64,000 nt of DNA from the NCBI GenBank assembly GCA_036337435.1, contig JAYZEG010000006.1, positions 1 through 64,000 on the forward strand, in the 5' to 3' direction. Below the pieces are notes generated by a model, which worked only from the letters and a program-made list of their open reading frames with translations, was not told the origin of the DNA and did no database searches. The DNA is from Myxococcota bacterium. Its GTDB lineage: Bacteria; Myxococcota_A; Bradymonadia; UBA7976; UBA1532. The position numbers and the translations under genes are program-made. The first letter of the stretch is position 1. The number at the start of each line of letters is the position of its first letter. Below, piece by piece: positions 1 to 9,802 of the stretch.

Positions 1-1
1 C

Positions 2-76
2 GTTAATCAAGCCGTTGTCGCATCAGCTGTCGGCATATTCTGTTTCGATTACCTCGTCACAGCGATTTTACCATGA
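2..76 (+). CDS. mlaE: 3' end of an MlaE-family ABC permease (partial, runs off the window start)
   Basis: Frame 2 reads VNQAVVASAVGIFCFDYLVTAILP*, matching the MlaE C-terminal helix (cf. TTNAVVLCSLAVIILDFFI in the next gene). Its TGA overlaps the ATG of 73..819 (ATGA). Confidence 0.7.
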   Translation, partial: VNQAVVASAVGIFCFDYLVTAILP

Positions 77-819
77 GTGTTCAAACGCAGGTTTTTGTTG
101 ATAATCTCGCCTTTGTCATCAAGAGAATGATGGGGCGGACAAAAGCGGATCGGGGCTCGAGATTACGTTATTGGAATGCTCTGAATGATGTCGGAATCAA
201 CAGTGTGTTCTTCATCGTCATTACGTTGGGCTTTGTCGGGACCATTATGATGCTTCATGGCGGTTATCAGGCCGGTCGTATTATTGGGGACTCAAACCTT
301 GTCGGTCCACAAATATTACCGCTGATCATTCGTCAGCTTGGACCAACTCTGGCTGGATTAATGGTCGCAACACGGGTTGGCACGGGTATGGCCGCTCGAA
401 TTGGGAGCATGGTTGTCACCGAGCAAGTCGATGCACTCCGTCTGTCCAATGCATGCCCGGTTGATTACTTGATCCGGCCGTCTTGGAACGCGGCATTGCT
501 CATGGTGCCTATCTTGGCAATCTTCGGCATTACCGCCGCCTTTTTTTCCGGGATGATGACGGCTTACATTGTCTTTGAGACCGCTCCTGGGGTCTACGCT
601 GACTGGAGTTTCGTAGCCCCGTTGGATGCCGTCGAAGCACTGATTAAATCTCTGGCATTTGGCGCTGTGATTCCGTTGATCGCGGGTACGTGTGGATTAT
701 CAACTCATGGTGGTAGTGCTGGCGTTGGCCGCGCGACGACCAATGCCGTAGTTCTCTGCAGTTTGGCGGTCATTATCCTCGATTTCTTTATCGGGGCACT
801 GATTTTGGGACTCCGATGA
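73..819 (+). CDS. mlaE: MlaE-family (Mla/Mce) ABC transporter permease
   Basis: RQLGPTLAGLMVATRVG, IGSMVVTEQVDALR and GGSAGVGRATTNAVV motifs; multiple hydrophobic helices; operon with ATPase and MCE genes. Confidence 0.93.
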   Translation: MSVQTQVFVDNLAFVIKRMMGRTKADRGSRLRYWNALNDVGINSVFFIVITLGFVGTIMMLHGGYQAGRIIGDSNLVGPQILPLIIRQLGPTLAGLMVATRVGTGMAARIGSMVVTEQVDALRLSNACPVDYLIRPSWNAALLMVPILAIFGITAAFFSGMMTAYIVFETAPGVYADWSFVAPLDAVEALIKSLAFGAVIPLIAGTCGLSTHGGSAGVGRATTNAVVLCSLAVIILDFFIGALILGLR

Positions 820-1559
820 TCGAATTTAGAAATGTATCAAAGGCCTTCGGAGACAGGCAGATTTTGAGGGGGGTATCACTGACAGTCGAAGAGGGTAAAG
901 TGTTGTTTGTGATCGGCAAGAGTGGTGCCGGTAAGAGTGTTTTGACAAAGCATGTCGTCGGTCTGATTCGTCCAGATTCCGGTGCCGTTTTATTCGACGG
1001 TGTTGATGTGTCGAGCTGGACGGAAGACCAGTTCTATCCCTTGCGAAAACGCTGCACAATGGTGCTCCAGCACAGCACTTTGTTCGATTCTATGACCATC
1101 GTCGAAAATGTGGCGCTGCCCATTCGGAAACACAGACAGCTTGATTGGAACGCATCCTTAGAGATGGCCATGTCGTACCTAAATGATGTGGGCATGCTCG
1201 ATTATGCTCAAAGGATGCCCGACACGTTGGGCGATGGCCTGCGAAAACGAATCGCCATCGCACGGGCTTTGGCTATCCAACCGCAGTGCGTCATTTTCGA
1301 CGAACCAACCACTGGTCTTGACCCACAAAGTGCAATTCAGGTGGATGGATTGATCCGCTCCCTTGCAGACCGTTTTGCTGTGACCTGCATCGTTGTGTCC
1401 CATGATCTCAGAAGTATCTTCTCGATTGCAGACCGTGTTGTCATGCTATACCAAGGACACATCTTATTGGATGGGTCTGCTGAGGAGTTCCGACGTTCGG
1501 AACACCCGGTGGTGAAACAGTTTATGAGTGGTGCGCCAGATGGCCCAATGGAGCTATAG
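816..1559 (+). CDS. mlaF: MlaF-type ABC transporter ATP-binding protein
   Basis: Walker A GKSGAGKS, Walker B IFDEPTTGLDP, H-loop VSHD, C-terminal HPVVKQF; signature is degenerate (LGDG for LSGG); ATGA overlap with mlaE. Confidence 0.93.
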   Translation: MIEFRNVSKAFGDRQILRGVSLTVEEGKVLFVIGKSGAGKSVLTKHVVGLIRPDSGAVLFDGVDVSSWTEDQFYPLRKRCTMVLQHSTLFDSMTIVENVALPIRKHRQLDWNASLEMAMSYLNDVGMLDYAQRMPDTLGDGLRKRIAIARALAIQPQCVIFDEPTTGLDPQSAIQVDGLIRSLADRFAVTCIVVSHDLRSIFSIADRVVMLYQGHILLDGSAEEFRRSEHPVVKQFMSGAPDGPMEL

Positions 1560-2591
1560 ATGAGTCAGAGCGGTGTAAAATCAAAGGTGGTTTTGCTGGT
1601 CATTATCGCACTGGCATTGACCGCAGCCTTTGGTGCGGCTCTCGGTGCCTTTGATTTCCGGGAGACGACTTTATTCCGTGTGGCATTTTCAGATTCAGGG
1701 GCACTTCGGGTTGGCGCGAAGGTCCGTATCGCAGGGATTGAGGCTGGTCATGTAAGCTCCGTGGATTTTATTGCACCGAGTGATCCGCGGGCCATCCCTG
1801 ACTCGTTCGTTCAACTCGGTCTAAATATCGACACTAAAATGGCTGAGGTCATCAGGGAAAATGCGGAATTTCATATAACGACACGCGGAGTGCTTGGAGA
1901 AAAGTATGTCGAAGTTGTTCCTGGAACCCAAAGCCGTGGCGCATTATCAAGAGAGCAAGTTGCACGCGGATTTGACCCTCCGAGAATCGACCTGTTCTTA
2001 AGTAAAGTAGATCGGATACTCAGCCAGTTTGTCACGCTCATGGGTGAAGACGACGGCGATATGAAAGCACTCGCGACAAGCCTGACGCGCCTCATCACTC
2101 GGTTAGACCAATTCATGGCCAATCACGGCGATCAGTTCGGACAAGTGATTCAAAATGCGTCCGGTGCAAGTCAAGACCTAAAAGTCATTCTGAGCCGCTT
2201 GAGTGACGGTATGCCAACTGGTCAGAATTTGGCCGAATCTCTGGAGAAAGTTGATCGTCTGACGAACACCATTCAGCGTGAACTGCCCGGAACAACTCGG
2301 ACCGCTCGAAAGGCAATGGCCGATTTGAGGGCGGCTGCCCAAGCAGTCAAAGGCGTTGCTCAGCAGGTGTTGGATGGCGAGGCCTCCTTTCAAAGCCTTA
2401 TCGACCGTCTACCGATGATCAGCCGCTGGGCTGAAGACAGTTTACGTGATTTGGCTGCGATCTTGAGCGGTCTTGCAGCCGGGCAGGGGAGTGTTGGTTT
2501 ACTATTGGCCAGCCCGGAGATTCACGACGAGGTGAAGTCCTTGTTGAGTGAACTTAAAAAACGCCCATGGCGATTGATGTGGCGAGACTGA
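1560..2591 (+). CDS. mlaD: MCE/MlaD-family substrate-binding protein with long helical C-terminus
   Basis: N-terminal TM anchor, MCE domain (GALRVGAKVRIAGIEAGHV...RGVLGEKYVEVVPG), helical tail ending GSVGLLL...PWRL. Confidence 0.88.
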   Translation: MSQSGVKSKVVLLVIIALALTAAFGAALGAFDFRETTLFRVAFSDSGALRVGAKVRIAGIEAGHVSSVDFIAPSDPRAIPDSFVQLGLNIDTKMAEVIRENAEFHITTRGVLGEKYVEVVPGTQSRGALSREQVARGFDPPRIDLFLSKVDRILSQFVTLMGEDDGDMKALATSLTRLITRLDQFMANHGDQFGQVIQNASGASQDLKVILSRLSDGMPTGQNLAESLEKVDRLTNTIQRELPGTTRTARKAMADLRAAAQAVKGVAQQVLDGEASFQSLIDRLPMISRWAEDSLRDLAAILSGLAAGQGSVGLLLASPEIHDEVKSLLSELKKRPWRLMWRD

Positions 2592-2603
2592 TATGGTCGG
2601 GCT

Positions 2604-3302
2604 GTGCGACCTGTCTTGGAGAATTGTATGTGCAGACTAAGTTGGGGGGTATGCCTGGCATTAGCCCTCTTAATTTCTGGGTGTGGAGACGATGCGAACT
2701 CAGACGCCAATGATGGCGGTGTGGTTAATCTTGTCGATGACGACCAAGCAGATGGTTCGACCCCGATGGGCGATGTTGATTCGGGAAGACCAGATGAGTC
2801 CATCGCTGTCGCGCCTGCTGATCTGCCCACGAGCACTGGGTGTGATGAACTGAGTGCTCAGTGGCCGTCAGATTGGGTGTCTTTGGAGACCGCGGTGCTT
2901 CAGCTCGTCAACGAGAGGCGAGCGAGTATGCAAGATTGCGGCAGCGCAGGACGGTTTAGCCCCGTTCCGCCACTTGAGGGCCATCCGCTGTTGGATTGCG
3001 CAGCGCGTCGCCATTCCTTAGATATGGCTCAACGCGGTTTCTTTGACCACATCAATCCTGACGGTGAAGCACCCGATGCACGTATCCTGGTGACCGGCTA
3101 TCAACCCAGAGCGATGGGTGAGAACATCGCTGCAGGAGCGATGACAGCCGAAGATGTGGTTGAGGGCTGGATGAACAGCGATGGGCATTGCCGCAACATT
3201 ATGAACGGCAGTTTTCAACAGCTGGGCGTGGGCTACATCTTCGATGCAGACGTTCAATACAACCGGTACTGGACACAAGTCTTTGGCACCGAACGCAATT
3301 AA
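2604..3302 (+). CDS. CAP/SCP-domain lipoprotein
   Basis: Lipobox LISGC, acidic linker, then VNERRA...AARRHSLDM...FFDHINPDG...GENIA...WMNSDGHCRNIM...YWTQVFG. Start may be ATG 2628. Confidence 0.9.
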   Translation: MRPVLENCMCRLSWGVCLALALLISGCGDDANSDANDGGVVNLVDDDQADGSTPMGDVDSGRPDESIAVAPADLPTSTGCDELSAQWPSDWVSLETAVLQLVNERRASMQDCGSAGRFSPVPPLEGHPLLDCAARRHSLDMAQRGFFDHINPDGEAPDARILVTGYQPRAMGENIAAGAMTAEDVVEGWMNSDGHCRNIMNGSFQQLGVGYIFDADVQYNRYWTQVFGTERN

Positions 3303-3311
3303 ACGGGCCTT

Positions 3312-4514
3312 CTAAGGGGTCTCGATAATGGTCGCCACACCTTGTCCAACACCGACGCATAGCGTTGCGAGTCCACGTCCACCGCCGCGCTCACGAAGTG
3401 CATGGACGAGCGTGGTCATAATCCGAGCGCCGCTACATCCGAGGGGATGGCCAAGTGCGATGGCTCCTCCGTTTATATTGACCTTATTTTCATCCATTCC
3501 AGCTGTCTGGATGACAGCTAAGGACTGCGCTGCAAACGCTTCATTCAGCTCGATCAGATCAATCTGAGCCAGATCGAGACCGGCTCTGTGCAAGCACTTT
3601 TCAGTGGCTGGGACGGGTCCAATACCCATAATTCGAGGGTTAACCCCAGCGGCTGCGGCCCCTTTGTAAACGCCGAGGATTTCAAGACCTGACGCCTGTG
3701 CTCGTTTCCGTTCCATGAGAACGAGTGCCGACGCACCGTCGTTTAGGGTGCTGCTGTTTCCAGCCGTGACACTGCCTCCGTCTTTGCGAAATGCGGGTCT
3801 CAGGCGGGCGAGTTTCTCGAGGCTCGTGTCTGCCCTCGGTCCCTCATCTCTGTCGACGGTCAGCGCAGGGCCTTTACGTTGAGGCACCTCAACGGTCATC
3901 AATTCGGCATCGAATGAGCCATTCGCCTGCGCAGTCAATGCTTTTTGATGACTAGAGAGTGCAAATTGATCTTGGGCCTCGCGGGATATGTCGTGACGGT
4001 CCACTAAGTTTTCGGCCGTAAAACCCATGCCTTCGAGGGGAAACAGTGCTTCCATCGCCGGATTGGGGAATCGCCAGCCGAGCGATGTATCATACACGGT
4101 GACGTTGCCCACAGGAAATGCGGCCGCCGCCTTGGGCATGACCCATGGGGCGCGACTCATCGACTCAACACCGCCAGCGACAATTGCGTCTGCATCGCCG
4201 ACCTGGATGGCCCTAGCAGCTTGGTTAATTGCACTCAGTCCTGATGCGCATAATCGATTGACAGTCATCGCTGGGACCGTTTGTGGGAGGCCGGCAAGCA
4301 GCGTCGCCATCCGGGCGATGTTCCGATTATCCTCGCCGGCTTGGTTTGCGCATCCGAAGATCACCTCGTCGATTGCATCACCCGGCACACCAGCACGCCT
4401 GAGCGACTCTGCGATCACCAGGGCGGCCAAATCATCAGGTCGGATTGATGATAGACCACCACGAAACCGGCCTATGGCTGTTCTCACTGCACTGACAATG
4501 GCTACTTCACGCAT
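3312..4514 (-). CDS. Acetyl-CoA C-acyltransferase (thiolase, PcaF/PaaJ-like)
   Basis: NRLCASG (catalytic Cys), NEAFA, GHPLG and CVGVGQG motifs; [11 protein letters not shown] is typical of the PcaF/PaaJ group. Start moved to ATG 4514 (MREVAIVS), just after the upstream stop at 4516. Confidence 0.93.
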   Translation of the reverse strand: MREVAIVSAVRTAIGRFRGGLSSIRPDDLAALVIAESLRRAGVPGDAIDEVIFGCANQAGEDNRNIARMATLLAGLPQTVPAMTVNRLCASGLSAINQAARAIQVGDADAIVAGGVESMSRAPWVMPKAAAAFPVGNVTVYDTSLGWRFPNPAMEALFPLEGMGFTAENLVDRHDISREAQDQFALSSHQKALTAQANGSFDAELMTVEVPQRKGPALTVDRDEGPRADTSLEKLARLRPAFRKDGGSVTAGNSSTLNDGASALVLMERKRAQASGLEILGVYKGAAAAGVNPRIMGIGPVPATEKCLHRAGLDLAQIDLIELNEAFAAQSLAVIQTAGMDENKVNINGGAIALGHPLGCSGARIMTTLVHALRERGGGRGLATLCVGVGQGVATIIETP

Positions 4515-4515
4515 T

Positions 4516-5058
4516 TTACTCAGCATCCTCGACAGCACGCAGAGCCGCATAAAATGTTTCTTCTAAATCGCCAAGCTCTGCATCGTCTAAATGGCGGGCT
4601 GAGTCCGTGGATGTAAATTCAACGGGTACGAGCTCAGGTGTCGTCGGTGTAATGACCAAGTAGGTGTTGTCTCCCGTCTCCAATTGCACCAGCACAGCGT
4701 ACTCTTCTTCTTCACCGTCATCGGTTCTGACGCCAATGAAATCACAGTCTTCGAGGAATTCGTCGTCTGGTTCACCCACAAGAAAAAGTCCGTCAGGACG
4801 CGATTCGCTCTTCAGACCCCACTCCCTCACGGCCGAGTTTAGTTCGCCACGAAGGTGTTGAATCGTGGCGTCATCGACTGGCTCAAGAACATCCGCGCCA
4901 TTTTCTTTGGAGGTCTCGACAAGATGGATTGGGAAGTCCAAAGGAATTAAGAGACCGTAAGCCCGGTCATCGACATCCAATTCGAGGTAGACCTCCATTT
5001 GGGTGGGTTCACCATCGCCGTGGACTGTTACGATTCGATTCTGGTCTGGCTCGGACAT
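4516..5058 (-). CDS. Acidic DUF3727/DUF1292-like protein
   Basis: Two related half-domains ([35 protein letters not shown]); very acidic; AGGAG RBS upstream of the ATG. Confidence 0.6.
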   Translation of the reverse strand: MSEPDQNRIVTVHGDGEPTQMEVYLELDVDDRAYGLLIPLDFPIHLVETSKENGADVLEPVDDATIQHLRGELNSAVREWGLKSESRPDGLFLVGEPDDEFLEDCDFIGVRTDDGEEEEYAVLVQLETGDNTYLVITPTTPELVPVEFTSTDSARHLDDAELGDLEETFYAALRAVEDAE

Positions 5059-5229
5059 ACGCTGCTCCTCTCATCATGGATTGCTGTGCCGAGCAATACC
5101 GTGTCGGGCGGCCGCAGACAACCGAGAACCGCTGTCTCTTGTCTCTTTGAGTGGAGTGGTCAGTGGGTTTGGTGGACAGTGCGAACGGTTTTACCCAGAG
5201 CAGATGTTGGCCGAGTCCTAATACGGACC

Positions 5230-5532
5230 TTATTTGAGCCCTTTGAACAGGGCTTCAAGCTTGGACCGTGCATCGTCTGCCTCGGCGGCGTCTGTCTCGA
5301 GTGTTGCTTTGAACTCAAACGACATGCAGAAGTTCGCTTTTTCTCGATCGCGAATGTAGAAGGACCCGTTTTCGCGACACTCGTTTTGGTAACTCGGATC
5401 CCAAAAACGGCAATTCTTACAAACGTGTAGGTCTGCTCCGCAGGTTGTACATTCATCTCGTCGTTGAACACGGGCCGACATATCGACATCGGTTCCACAT
5501 TCATGACAAACGTATTTTTTTTCTTCTAACAT
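5230..5532 (-). CDS. Small Cys-rich putative Zn-binding conserved hypothetical protein
   Basis: CHECG, CTTCG.DLHVCKNCRFWD...CRE...NFC...F pattern with C-terminal ARSKLEALF; lies directly downstream of typA. Confidence 0.8.
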   Translation of the reverse strand: MLEEKKYVCHECGTDVDMSARVQRRDECTTCGADLHVCKNCRFWDPSYQNECRENGSFYIRDREKANFCMSFEFKATLETDAAEADDARSKLEALFKGLK

Positions 5533-5567
5533 TGCTCTTCGACCCCCGCACCTTGCTCAATGTGTCT

Positions 5568-7385
5568 TCAGCCGGCCGCCTTTTTCTCTAGGCGTCGCCG
5601 CTCGCTGTGGTCCAACACTCGCTTTCTCAGTCTAATGGCCTCAGGCGTTACCTCAACCCATTCGTCATCATTTATGTATTCGAGAGCTTCTTCAAGGGAC
5701 ATTTTACGCGGTGCGTTGAGTCGCGTATCTACGTCTTTGAACGCTTGCCTCATGTTATCGAGTTTCTTTGCCTTGCATGGATTGATGACCAAGTCCTGAA
5801 CCCGCGCATTTTCTCCGACGATTTGGCCCGCGTAGACCCGTTCGCCAGGATTGATAAATAAGACACCGCGATCTTGCAACGTTTCCAGCGAGTAGCTTGT
5901 CGTCTGACCCGTTTCAAGGGCGATGAGAACGCCATTATGTCGTCTCTGAAAATCGCCCTTGTATGGGCCGTAGTCTGCGAACGTCTTGTAGAGCGTCCCT
6001 GTTCCCCTTGTCTGGGTGAGGAAGCGGCTCCTGTAGCCGATGAGGCCACGACTGGGGATGAGGAATTCAATGCGCACAATATCAGCATCGATGCGCATGT
6101 CCTGCAGTTCTCCTCCCCGCAAATTTAGATCTTGTATGACGGCACCGCTGAAACTCTCTGCACAATCAATTGTCACTGTTTCATAGGGTTCTTCGCGGCC
6201 ATCGGGACCATCCCTGAAAATCACCCGAGGCATGGATACCATCAATTCGAAACTTTCTCTGCGCATCGTTTCGATGAGGATACCGAGGTGGAGTTCACCA
6301 CGGCCAGAAACGCGAAAAACATCCGATGAGTCTGTCTGTTCAACGCGAAGGCTGACGTTAGATTGTAATTCTTTGGCGAGTCGCTCGCGGAGATTGCGAC
6401 TTGTCACGTATTTGCCAGACTGGCCTGCGAAGGGTCCATTATTGGCGATAAATTCCATAGATATTGTGGGCTCATCAACTGCGATGGGTGGCATGGCATC
6501 CAATGCATCTTGGCTGCATATGGTCTCCCCGGGTAAGGCGTCAGTGAAGCCCGCTATGCCCACGATATGACCCGCTTGGGCAGAGCTAATATCAACTTGC
6601 TCTAGCCCCTCATATCCGCTTAAACGCGTCACTTTAGATTTTCGTGATTCGCCGTCGATACTGATGCAGGCGAGCTGGTCGCCCTTCGATACAGAGCCAC
6701 GGGTAATTCGTCCCACCGCGATTCGCCCAACGAACTCGTCGTAAGCGATGGTTGCAACCTGCATTTGAAAAGGACCATCCACATCAACATCCGGTCCCTC
6801 GACCCTTTCGACGATGGCATCGAGCAGGGGGGTCACGTTGTCTTGCGCTTCATCGAGTTCATTGACGGCCCAACCGTCCCTCGCAGATGCATAGAGGACA
6901 CTAAAGTCCAGCTGTTCGTCATTCGCACCGAGGCTGACAAAGAGATCAAAGACAGCATCGAGTACAACGTCAGGTCGCCCATCAGGCCTGTCGCATTTAT
7001 TGATGACAACCATCGGTTTTAGACCGTGGTCCAACGCTTTTTGCAGCACAAAACGTGTCTGCGGCATCGGTCCTTCAAATGCATCGACAACGAGCAGGAC
7101 AGAATCAACCATTCCCAGGACGCGTTCGACCTCACCACCAAAATCTGAGTGGCCTGGAGTATCGACAATATTGATCGTTAGACCGCGCCATCGGATACCG
7201 GTGTTTTTCGACAAGATGGTAATGCCACGCTCCCGTTCCAGGTCGAGCTTATCCATCGCGCGTTCCTGAAGGTGTCTATGTTCAGGGAGCGTTCCTGACT
7301 GATTGAGAAGGCAGTCGACCAGCGTGGTCTTCCCGTGGTCAACGTGCGCAATGATTGCAATGTTCCGGATGTCTTCGCGTTTCAT
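5568..7385 (-). CDS. typA: Translational GTPase TypA/BipA
   Basis: [33 protein letters not shown] and the C-terminal [18 protein letters not shown] motif. Confidence 0.98.
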   Translation of the reverse strand: MKREDIRNIAIIAHVDHGKTTLVDCLLNQSGTLPEHRHLQERAMDKLDLERERGITILSKNTGIRWRGLTINIVDTPGHSDFGGEVERVLGMVDSVLLVVDAFEGPMPQTRFVLQKALDHGLKPMVVINKCDRPDGRPDVVLDAVFDLFVSLGANDEQLDFSVLYASARDGWAVNELDEAQDNVTPLLDAIVERVEGPDVDVDGPFQMQVATIAYDEFVGRIAVGRITRGSVSKGDQLACISIDGESRKSKVTRLSGYEGLEQVDISSAQAGHIVGIAGFTDALPGETICSQDALDAMPPIAVDEPTISMEFIANNGPFAGQSGKYVTSRNLRERLAKELQSNVSLRVEQTDSSDVFRVSGRGELHLGILIETMRRESFELMVSMPRVIFRDGPDGREEPYETVTIDCAESFSGAVIQDLNLRGGELQDMRIDADIVRIEFLIPSRGLIGYRSRFLTQTRGTGTLYKTFADYGPYKGDFQRRHNGVLIALETGQTTSYSLETLQDRGVLFINPGERVYAGQIVGENARVQDLVINPCKAKKLDNMRQAFKDVDTRLNAPRKMSLEEALEYINDDEWVEVTPEAIRLRKRVLDHSERRRLEKKAAG

Positions 7386-7564
7386 ATGCTCGCCTGTGAA
7401 CTTTGTTTGCTTACTGCAGACTCAGCATGCCTGCTGGGGGCATTTGACACAGGCCGACCCACAATACAAGTGCGAATGACAAGTCGACCTTCGAGAACGG
7501 CCAAAACAGCCTGCTCTTGGTGTCGTTTAAAACTGCGATTTGGCCGACTCAGAGCGGGGCGATG

Positions 7565-8371
7565 TCAATCCCAGCGGCACTGAACTCGACCTTGTGAGAT
7601 GTTGAATCGCTCACCCATGACCGAGTCGCGGTTGAGTTGCAACTCAAGCCGGCATAGGGTCTCAAGGCTAACGGCTGGATAGTTGATAGAGAAGTTTTTG
7701 ACACTCTTCAGTGGCTTACCGTCGTTTGATGTGAGCGTCATAAGGCCTGCGTCTTGGCCAACTAAGACTCGAATTTCCAATGGACCTTCACCACGAGATT
7801 GAATTCGACTGGATAAGTTAATTCGAGCCACATGATTGGCGAGAAGAGGGTCACCCCGCTCGGTGTGCCCCTGTAGGCTTGCGTTTGGCCCGACCAGCTT
7901 TTCTCTCAGGTCTGCATACAACATGGCTTCCTGCCTGCGCTTCCTTGGATTCCAAATCTCAACGTAGAGGTACGGTGCCTGCGCAAATGAGCCAGGACTG
8001 ACTAAATTGAGTGCAATGTTGAGCCTAAAGTGGTCATTTGGTTTAACGACATAGGCTGAGAGTGCCGCGAGCATATCATCGGATGCACCGGCTTTTTTCA
8101 GACTCAACAACGTGGTTGCATCGGCGACAGCCATCACCCGTCTCGTGCGCATCATTTCGATTAATGTGGGGCTTTTGACCCCAGCTTTTTTCAGTTGGGT
8201 CAGTTCATCAAGCGTCAGTGGCAAGGCGTCGCTTTTTCTGTTGAAACGCTCCAGTCTGTCAAACTCATCGGCTTTAATGTCCATAAGGTTGGTGACTTGG
8301 GATGGTGGGGCTGCCGGACTCACCGCTGGGACAACTAAAACAAAGAGAGGCAATAGTTTTCTAAGCAGCAT
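7565..8371 (-). CDS. Secreted hypothetical protein with two short helical repeats
   Basis: Signal peptide MLLRKLLPLFVLVVPAVSPA after a GGAG RBS (start moved to 8371); repeats LTQLKKAGVKSPTLIEMM and LLSLKKAGASDDMLAAL. Confidence 0.7.
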   Translation of the reverse strand: MLLRKLLPLFVLVVPAVSPAAPPSQVTNLMDIKADEFDRLERFNRKSDALPLTLDELTQLKKAGVKSPTLIEMMRTRRVMAVADATTLLSLKKAGASDDMLAALSAYVVKPNDHFRLNIALNLVSPGSFAQAPYLYVEIWNPRKRRQEAMLYADLREKLVGPNASLQGHTERGDPLLANHVARINLSSRIQSRGEGPLEIRVLVGQDAGLMTLTSNDGKPLKSVKNFSINYPAVSLETLCRLELQLNRDSVMGERFNISQGRVQCRWD

Positions 8372-8421
8372 ATGAGATCTCCGGAAATTGTTCACGGTAG
8401 ACGGTTGGAAAAGTTCTAAAT

Positions 8422-8745
8422 TCAATCAGCAGAGGCATCGGATTGAGTGACCGCTGAATGTCCTTGATCCGAGACAGCTTGGTCTCCGTGCTGTTCTCCG
8501 CCGAGATCGGCCGCTGTTTGCGAGCCATCTGACGTCATCAATGTGGCATCGAGCTCGCCTTCGGAGCCGACATCGGCAAGTGCGTCTGGGGCGTGAGACC
8601 CGAGATCAAGGGCATCCATCGGGGCTGGATTCGCGATATAGACAGTGGCGTCCTGAGCCGACTCTTTGAGCATAACCCGACTGAGTTCGTCTCCACAGCC
8701 GGCTCCAATGAAAATCAAAATAACAACTCGCCACACGAGTAGCAC
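8422..8745 (-). CDS. Short, low-complexity acidic lipoprotein
   Basis: Lipobox IGAGC followed by D/A/G/S-rich sequence with no recognisable folded domain. Confidence 0.55.
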   Translation of the reverse strand: MLLVWRVVILIFIGAGCGDELSRVMLKESAQDATVYIANPAPMDALDLGSHAPDALADVGSEGELDATLMTSDGSQTAADLGGEQHGDQAVSDQGHSAVTQSDASAD

Positions 8746-8980
8746 TCCCCGAATGTCATCACCTGCAGTGTGTATAACCTAATTCTGATTTGATAACCAC
8801 GAGCATGAGGCTCGTTTTTAAGACAACTCTCTGACAACAGACTGTTCCAATCTGGTTTCAAGCGAGCTACCATCCGAGAATGTGGCTCGTCTGTTCGAGC
8901 ACCTGTTTTGTGCCTTGAAGCTTGATATGGATTGGTCGGCCCATGAACCAACGATGCGTAATGATGAGTAACGTGTAAGG

Positions 8981-9781
8981 ATGATAGACGTAACAACCTG
9001 TCCTCAATGTGCTGCGCCTGTCGCGCCGGGAAACCGATTCTGTGGTCGGTGTGGATACTCACTGATGTCCGCTGACGATGTTGTGTCCGGCAGCGAAACG
9101 GAGTCAGCGGCTGGAGGCAGTTCTGCTGTGGCCCGTGCTCGATTAGTACGCATTCATAGCGGTGGGACCGATGGCGACACAATCGACATTGGGTCCAAGC
9201 CAAAGACCATTGGACGAATCGACGCTGATATTTGTTTCTCCGAAGACGCATTCGTCTCCCCACTTCATGCGTCGATTTTCTTTGAAGACGGTCGACTGAT
9301 GGTGCGAGACGAGCAGAGTGCAAATGGTGTCTTCAAACGTTTGTCTGGAAGCGCGATTCTCAAATACGGTGATGTCTTCATGGCGGGCGAAGAATTGATC
9401 CGAGTCGAAGACCGAGGGCCAGACCTATCGAATCACGATGCCGAAGGAACCAGTTTTTTTGGCAGCGTGCCCAATAGCCATCCCTATGCTGTACGGCAGA
9501 TCCTTGAAGGTGGGCTGGATGGCCTTCTCGTGAGACCTCGCTCCAGCAGATTGACCATTGGTCGTGAGCGCTGCGATTTAGAGTTTCCCTACGATCGTTT
9601 CATTAGCAGTACCCATTGTCGACTTGAATTCGACAAAACCGGTGTTCAATTAACGGATTTAGAGTCCCGGAATGGAACCTATATCAAAGTGAATGGCGAG
9701 GTGGAATTGCAGGCTGGAGACTTTATTTTTATCGGGCGCCAATTACTGCGAGTGGATTTCAATGTGGACACGAGCGAATGA
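8981..9781 (+). CDS. Zinc-ribbon plus tandem FHA-domain protein
   Basis: CPQC...FCGRCG; FHA1 IGR...VSPLH...SANGVF; FHA2 IGR...ISSTH...SRNGTY. Confidence 0.9.
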   Translation: MIDVTTCPQCAAPVAPGNRFCGRCGYSLMSADDVVSGSETESAAGGSSAVARARLVRIHSGGTDGDTIDIGSKPKTIGRIDADICFSEDAFVSPLHASIFFEDGRLMVRDEQSANGVFKRLSGSAILKYGDVFMAGEELIRVEDRGPDLSNHDAEGTSFFGSVPNSHPYAVRQILEGGLDGLLVRPRSSRLTIGRERCDLEFPYDRFISSTHCRLEFDKTGVQLTDLESRNGTYIKVNGEVELQAGDFIFIGRQLLRVDFNVDTSE

Positions 9782-9802
9782 GCATTTTGGGAGAATAGCA
9801 CC

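Noticed and set aside
8715..9323. 202-aa minus-strand ORF and similar long antisense ORFs (13381-14094, 14036-14707, 17392-18075, 34438-35088, 46303-46974, 48224-48913, 51718-52437)
   Set aside because: They lie antisense to well-supported genes, show no recognisable motifs and have the composition expected of shadow ORFs.
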